Positions 60,431 to 64,000 of a DNA stretch of 64,000 bases are shown here, piece after piece. Where the stretch lies: NCBI GenBank assembly GCA_963815095.1, contig CAWFFH010000003.1, forward strand, positions 576,001 to 640,000. Direction: 5' to 3'. Position 1 is the stretch's first letter, and every line of letters begins with the position of its first letter. The translations under genes were made by a program, and so were the position numbers. The stretch comes from Candidatus Bathyarchaeota archaeon. GTDB lineage: Archaea > Thermoproteota > Bathyarchaeia > Bathyarchaeales > Bathycorpusculaceae. The notes beneath the pieces were generated by a model. It had not been told where the DNA came from. It worked only from the letters and a program-made list of their open reading frames with translations, and searched no databases.

Positions 60431-61870
60431 ATGTCGGGAGCAGACATTAAAAAGCCAGAAACACGTGAAATATTAGTAAAAATGTTAACAGAAGCCGCAA
60501 AAAAAGAAGTTGGCTCTAAAGGAAAGCCGACAAAACCGACAGTCATCGGAACAGCAAAAGAAATGGACATTCACAGAGACACACTATACTCATGGCTAAA
60601 AGAGTTCAATGTCGATTTCAAAGAGATTGTAGATCGCATGCCGACAACAGCTGACGATAGTTACGACTACTCGGGACCTACCTACCTAATTGGCGAGTCA
60701 CTATTAGGAGAAGGAAACGAAGTTGCACACATCGACCTTATGATAGGCGATAAAAACGGACCCATTGGACAAGCATTCGCAAACGGCATGACACAACTAT
60801 CAGCCGGCCACACACCAGTCCTTGCAGTAATCAGACCTAACCTACCGCCAAAACCACACACACTAATCGTGCCAAAAGTCACAATCAAAAACATGGAGGA
60901 CACAGGCAAAATTTTCGGTCCAGCCCAAGCCGCAGTTGCAAAAGCTATCGCTGATTCAGCAGAAGAAGGAGTAATTCCAGCAAACAAACTAGATGAGTGG
61001 GTTATCATATGCAGTGTTTTCATTCATCCAAAAGCAGCCGATTTCCGCAAAATATACCAATATAACTATGGCGCAACAAAAATGGCACTAAAACGCGCAT
61101 TAAAGCAATATCCAACACTTGAAAAGATAATCTACGAGAAAGACCGCTCAAAGCACCCTATCATGGGCTTCAAAGTTCCACGTCTATGGAGACCACCATA
61201 CCTCCAAATTGCACTTGACGCACCCTCACTTGAAGGAGCAAAGAAAGTCATCGAAGCGCTTCCGGGAAGCGACAGAATCATCCTTGAAGTCGGCACACCA
61301 CTCATTAAACGCTATGGCACAAGAGGCATCAACGAACTACGCAAAATAGCCAAAGACAAATTCATTATAGCAGACCTGAAGACCTTAGACGTAGGAAAAG
61401 TTGAAGTTGACATAGCATACGAAGACACCGCAGACGCAGTTGTTGCCGCAGGCTTAGCACCAGCAGAAACATTAGATGCAACAGTTTCGGAATCCAGACG
61501 CTTAGGAATCTATGCAGTCATCGACATGCTAAATGTAGAAGATGTCCTGGGTAAATTGAAATCAATCAAAGAGTTTCCAGACATCGTCATCCTGCACCGA
61601 GGCATCGACCAAGAAACAGGCAGAAGCAGCGGGCTTGAACGCATAAAAATCATACGCCAATCATTCCCCAACAAGAAATTCCTAATCGCAGTCGCAGGCG
61701 GCATCGTCCCAGAAACAGCCAAAGAAGCACTAGATCAAGGCGCAGACATACTCATCGTCGGCAGATACGTTACACAATCCAAAGACATCGAACGTTCAGT
61801 AAGAGACTTCCTTGAATTGACACCCAGCATGCGCGAAGACGTAGACTTATACAGAGTCCACACAGAATAA
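60431..61870 (+). CDS. fae-hps: Bifunctional formaldehyde-activating enzyme / 3-hexulose-6-phosphate synthase with extra N-terminal HTH
   Basis: Fae: IGESLLGEGNEVAHIDL, GPAQAAVA, VFIHP. Hps: LQIALD, EVGTPLIK, DLKTLD, VAGG. Confidence 0.9.
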   Translation: MSGADIKKPETREILVKMLTEAAKKEVGSKGKPTKPTVIGTAKEMDIHRDTLYSWLKEFNVDFKEIVDRMPTTADDSYDYSGPTYLIGESLLGEGNEVAHIDLMIGDKNGPIGQAFANGMTQLSAGHTPVLAVIRPNLPPKPHTLIVPKVTIKNMEDTGKIFGPAQAAVAKAIADSAEEGVIPANKLDEWVIICSVFIHPKAADFRKIYQYNYGATKMALKRALKQYPTLEKIIYEKDRSKHPIMGFKVPRLWRPPYLQIALDAPSLEGAKKVIEALPGSDRIILEVGTPLIKRYGTRGINELRKIAKDKFIIADLKTLDVGKVEVDIAYEDTADAVVAAGLAPAETLDATVSESRRLGIYAVIDMLNVEDVLGKLKSIKEFPDIVILHRGIDQETGRSSGLERIKIIRQSFPNKKFLIAVAGGIVPETAKEALDQGADILIVGRYVTQSKDIERSVRDFLELTPSMREDVDLYRVHTE

Positions 61871-61911
61871 ATCAAGAAACCCGAGCGAAAGCTCAAAAAC
61901 TTTTTCTTTTT

Positions 61912-63177
61912 CTATTTCTTTTTAATTGCAAAGATTTTCAAAATTAAGAAAGCACTGAAGAAAGCTGCACCTGCAATTGCGAAAGTTGGAAGATAATTCA
62001 GATGTTGAGCTAAGAAAGGTCCAAGGAAGGAACCCAATGCAGCGCCTAAGCCGACAAGTCCATCAAAGAAACCTGATTTTCCCTCAGGAATAAGCTCCAT
62101 CGATAGAGAAATCATCATTATATAGTACATCGCATAGGCGAATCCGATAAAAATAAGAAGAACAAAAAGGATTCCCGTCAAGGCAGTTGGTGAAAAAGCA
62201 AGTTCAATAACGCCGATCAAGAGGAATATGAGGAGACTGCGGAAAAGTACAAACCTGGGCATCTGTTTTCTTAAATCGATGGACCTTGCGCGGTTACGGA
62301 TTAAGAAATACCCAGCAGTTGCGCCAATCGAATTGAAAATATACGCAATATAGACCATGCTGTTGGGCAGTCCTAAACCAATTTTTAGAAATATCGGCAG
62401 AGGCGTGAAGAAAAGGCTTGTTGCCAAAGAAAACATGACTATAGCAAAAGCAAATCCTAAGAAGTTTTCTTGTTTAAGCGCCCCCTTAAACCGCAAACTG
62501 TATGATTCCATTCCCCGAGACGCAAAATCAAGAGTTCTCTCTATACCTACCAATCGCCGCTCAAATATCATCAACGGGTCAGCAATCAACGCAATTGAAA
62601 GGATGAATGCAACCACACTCAAAATGCTACACAGATACAACGTGTAAGTTGCTAAAACAGCAGGGCTAAAAATAGCCGTAAAAGCAAATAATCCAACGCT
62701 CAAGACCAATCCAATCGCTAACCCAATAATGAAACCAACCTCGGTGACTGCTTCGTAGAAACCGTAGGCTTTCTCCCAGTCTTTGCGGCTGTAGTGCTCG
62801 GCGATTAGAACATTTTTGGGTGCTTCGTGGGAAACGTGAAGAACTTGCATCACCACGTACAAGATAACGAAGAGGATTATGTTTTGGGCAAAAGGCAGCG
62901 CCATCAAGAAGAGAATTATTGCTGAAGAAGAAAACGAAAGAAGAATAAACGCTTTGTAGTGCCGGGTTTTATCACATAGATACCCCCAAAAAAAAGAGGC
63001 AGGTATAGAACAGAAGATAGCGATTGAAGTCATTACTCCCAACGCAACAAGTGAACCACCCAGTATGCCGGTGTCTTTGAAAGTAAATAAGTAGAGCGGT
63101 ATGAAAACGCTCAGCAGTCCGAACGCGATTTCGTGAAAGAAAAAGCCTAGCCGCCACATAGCCACAAACCAATTCAT
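61912..63177 (-). CDS. MFS transporter
   Basis: About 12 TMs, WGYLCD motif A. Confidence 0.82.
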   Translation of the reverse strand: MNWFVAMWRLGFFFHEIAFGLLSVFIPLYLFTFKDTGILGGSLVALGVMTSIAIFCSIPASFFWGYLCDKTRHYKAFILLSFSSSAIILFLMALPFAQNIILFVILYVVMQVLHVSHEAPKNVLIAEHYSRKDWEKAYGFYEAVTEVGFIIGLAIGLVLSVGLFAFTAIFSPAVLATYTLYLCSILSVVAFILSIALIADPLMIFERRLVGIERTLDFASRGMESYSLRFKGALKQENFLGFAFAIVMFSLATSLFFTPLPIFLKIGLGLPNSMVYIAYIFNSIGATAGYFLIRNRARSIDLRKQMPRFVLFRSLLIFLLIGVIELAFSPTALTGILFVLLIFIGFAYAMYYIMMISLSMELIPEGKSGFFDGLVGLGAALGSFLGPFLAQHLNYLPTFAIAGAAFFSAFLILKIFAIKKK

Positions 63178-63302
63178 TGTCGAATTAAAACTTTTACCTG
63201 AAAAATCTGAACATACGTAAAAGCAGTGTTGGAGGGAAAAGAATTATCATAAATCCTTAATAGAGAGAGCAGCCAATTTCATACTCCGCTGGAGAGATAA
63301 TC

Positions 63303-63689
63303 ATGGCAAAGTTCAAGGTAATAGTTTCCGACCCCGAAGCTGGAACATCCAAAGTAGTAGAACTCGAAGAAGCACGTGCTGCCCCCTTCATAGGCAGAAG
63401 AGTTGGCGAAACATTAGATGGCTCAGCAGTAGACCTACCAGCGCACACGGTGCAAATACTTGGCGGCTCCGACAAAGATGGCGTTCCCATGCTGGGAAAT
63501 GTTCACGGCGGTGTACGTCGAAAAGTAGTGCTAAGTGGCGGAGCAGGTTTTAAAGCAAAGAAAAAGGGCGAAAGAAGACGTAAAACAGTCCGCGGAAACG
63601 TAATTACCGACGAAATAGTACAAATCAACTTGAAAATTGTCGAAAGACCAGCAAAGCCTGCAGAAGTCAAGGTAGAGCAAGCGGCATAG
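63303..63689 (+). CDS. rps6e: 30S ribosomal protein S6e
   Basis: FKVIVSDP, GGSDKDG.PM, GERRRKTVRG. Confidence 0.94.
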   Translation: MAKFKVIVSDPEAGTSKVVELEEARAAPFIGRRVGETLDGSAVDLPAHTVQILGGSDKDGVPMLGNVHGGVRRKVVLSGGAGFKAKKKGERRRKTVRGNVITDEIVQINLKIVERPAKPAEVKVEQAA

Positions 63690-63787
63690 TAAGCATATTT
63701 TTGCCCAAGCGCATCTTAAACCTTATAAACTTCCCTAATTAATTCATCCTTTATTCGTCAGTATTTATTGGAAAGAAGAAGAATCAT

Positions 63788-64000
63788 ATGAGTAACACTA
63801 CTAAAGCCTTGCCAAAGCAGCCAGAAGTCAACATTGGCACCATAGGACATGTAGACCATGGAAAAACCACTTTGGTTCAATCATTAACTGGCACTTGGGC
63901 ATCACGTCACAGTGAAGAACTCAAAAGGGGCATTACCATTAAACTGGGTTATGCAGACATGCCAATTTATAAGTGCCCCAAATGTGAGCCACCAAAAAAC
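63788..64000 (+). CDS. eif2g: Translation initiation factor 2 gamma subunit, truncated by window end
   Basis: Read manually: [18 protein letters not shown]...[15 protein letters not shown]. Confidence 0.93.
   Translation, partial: MSNTTKALPKQPEVNIGTIGHVDHGKTTLVQSLTGTWASRHSEELKRGITIKLGYADMPIYKCPKCEPPKN

Noticed and set aside
1-64000. CRISPR arrays, rRNA, intact transposases or integrases, known defence systems
   Set aside because: No repeat-spacer periodicity or diagnostic motifs seen by eye

Overview
This is an archaeal chromosomal segment, most consistent with TACK/Thermoproteota and probably Bathyarchaeia. Markers are ribosomal proteins S25e, S26e, S3Ae and S6e, aIF2-gamma, Alba, Rpo6, thermosome, Hel308, class I LysRS, CofD, Fae-Hps and tetraether synthase. 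It is mostly housekeeping genes plus one tRNA-Arg(GCG); I saw no CRISPR array, rRNA or intact mobile element. The main oddities are: (1) an iscS-like/iscU/sufS/small-Cys-protein operon in which the IscS has lost its catalytic His motif and sufS has no ATG/GTG/TTG start, so it is reachable only by an AUA start or a -1 slip at an A8 run at the iscU stop; (2) a Fae-Hps enzyme with an N-terminal HTH and repeated CCGACA motifs around its promoter; (3) a lone RnfD fused to RnfC-type 2[4Fe-4S] motifs; (4) an 8-blade beta-propeller fused to an ArnT/PMT glycosyltransferase; (5) a deacetylase-GNAT fusion in a glycosylation cluster; (6) a YdjG/YdjI-like SPFH module; and (7) TrpY with canonical TRP boxes divergent from trpB2. 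All calls are from motif recognition by eye, with no database searches.
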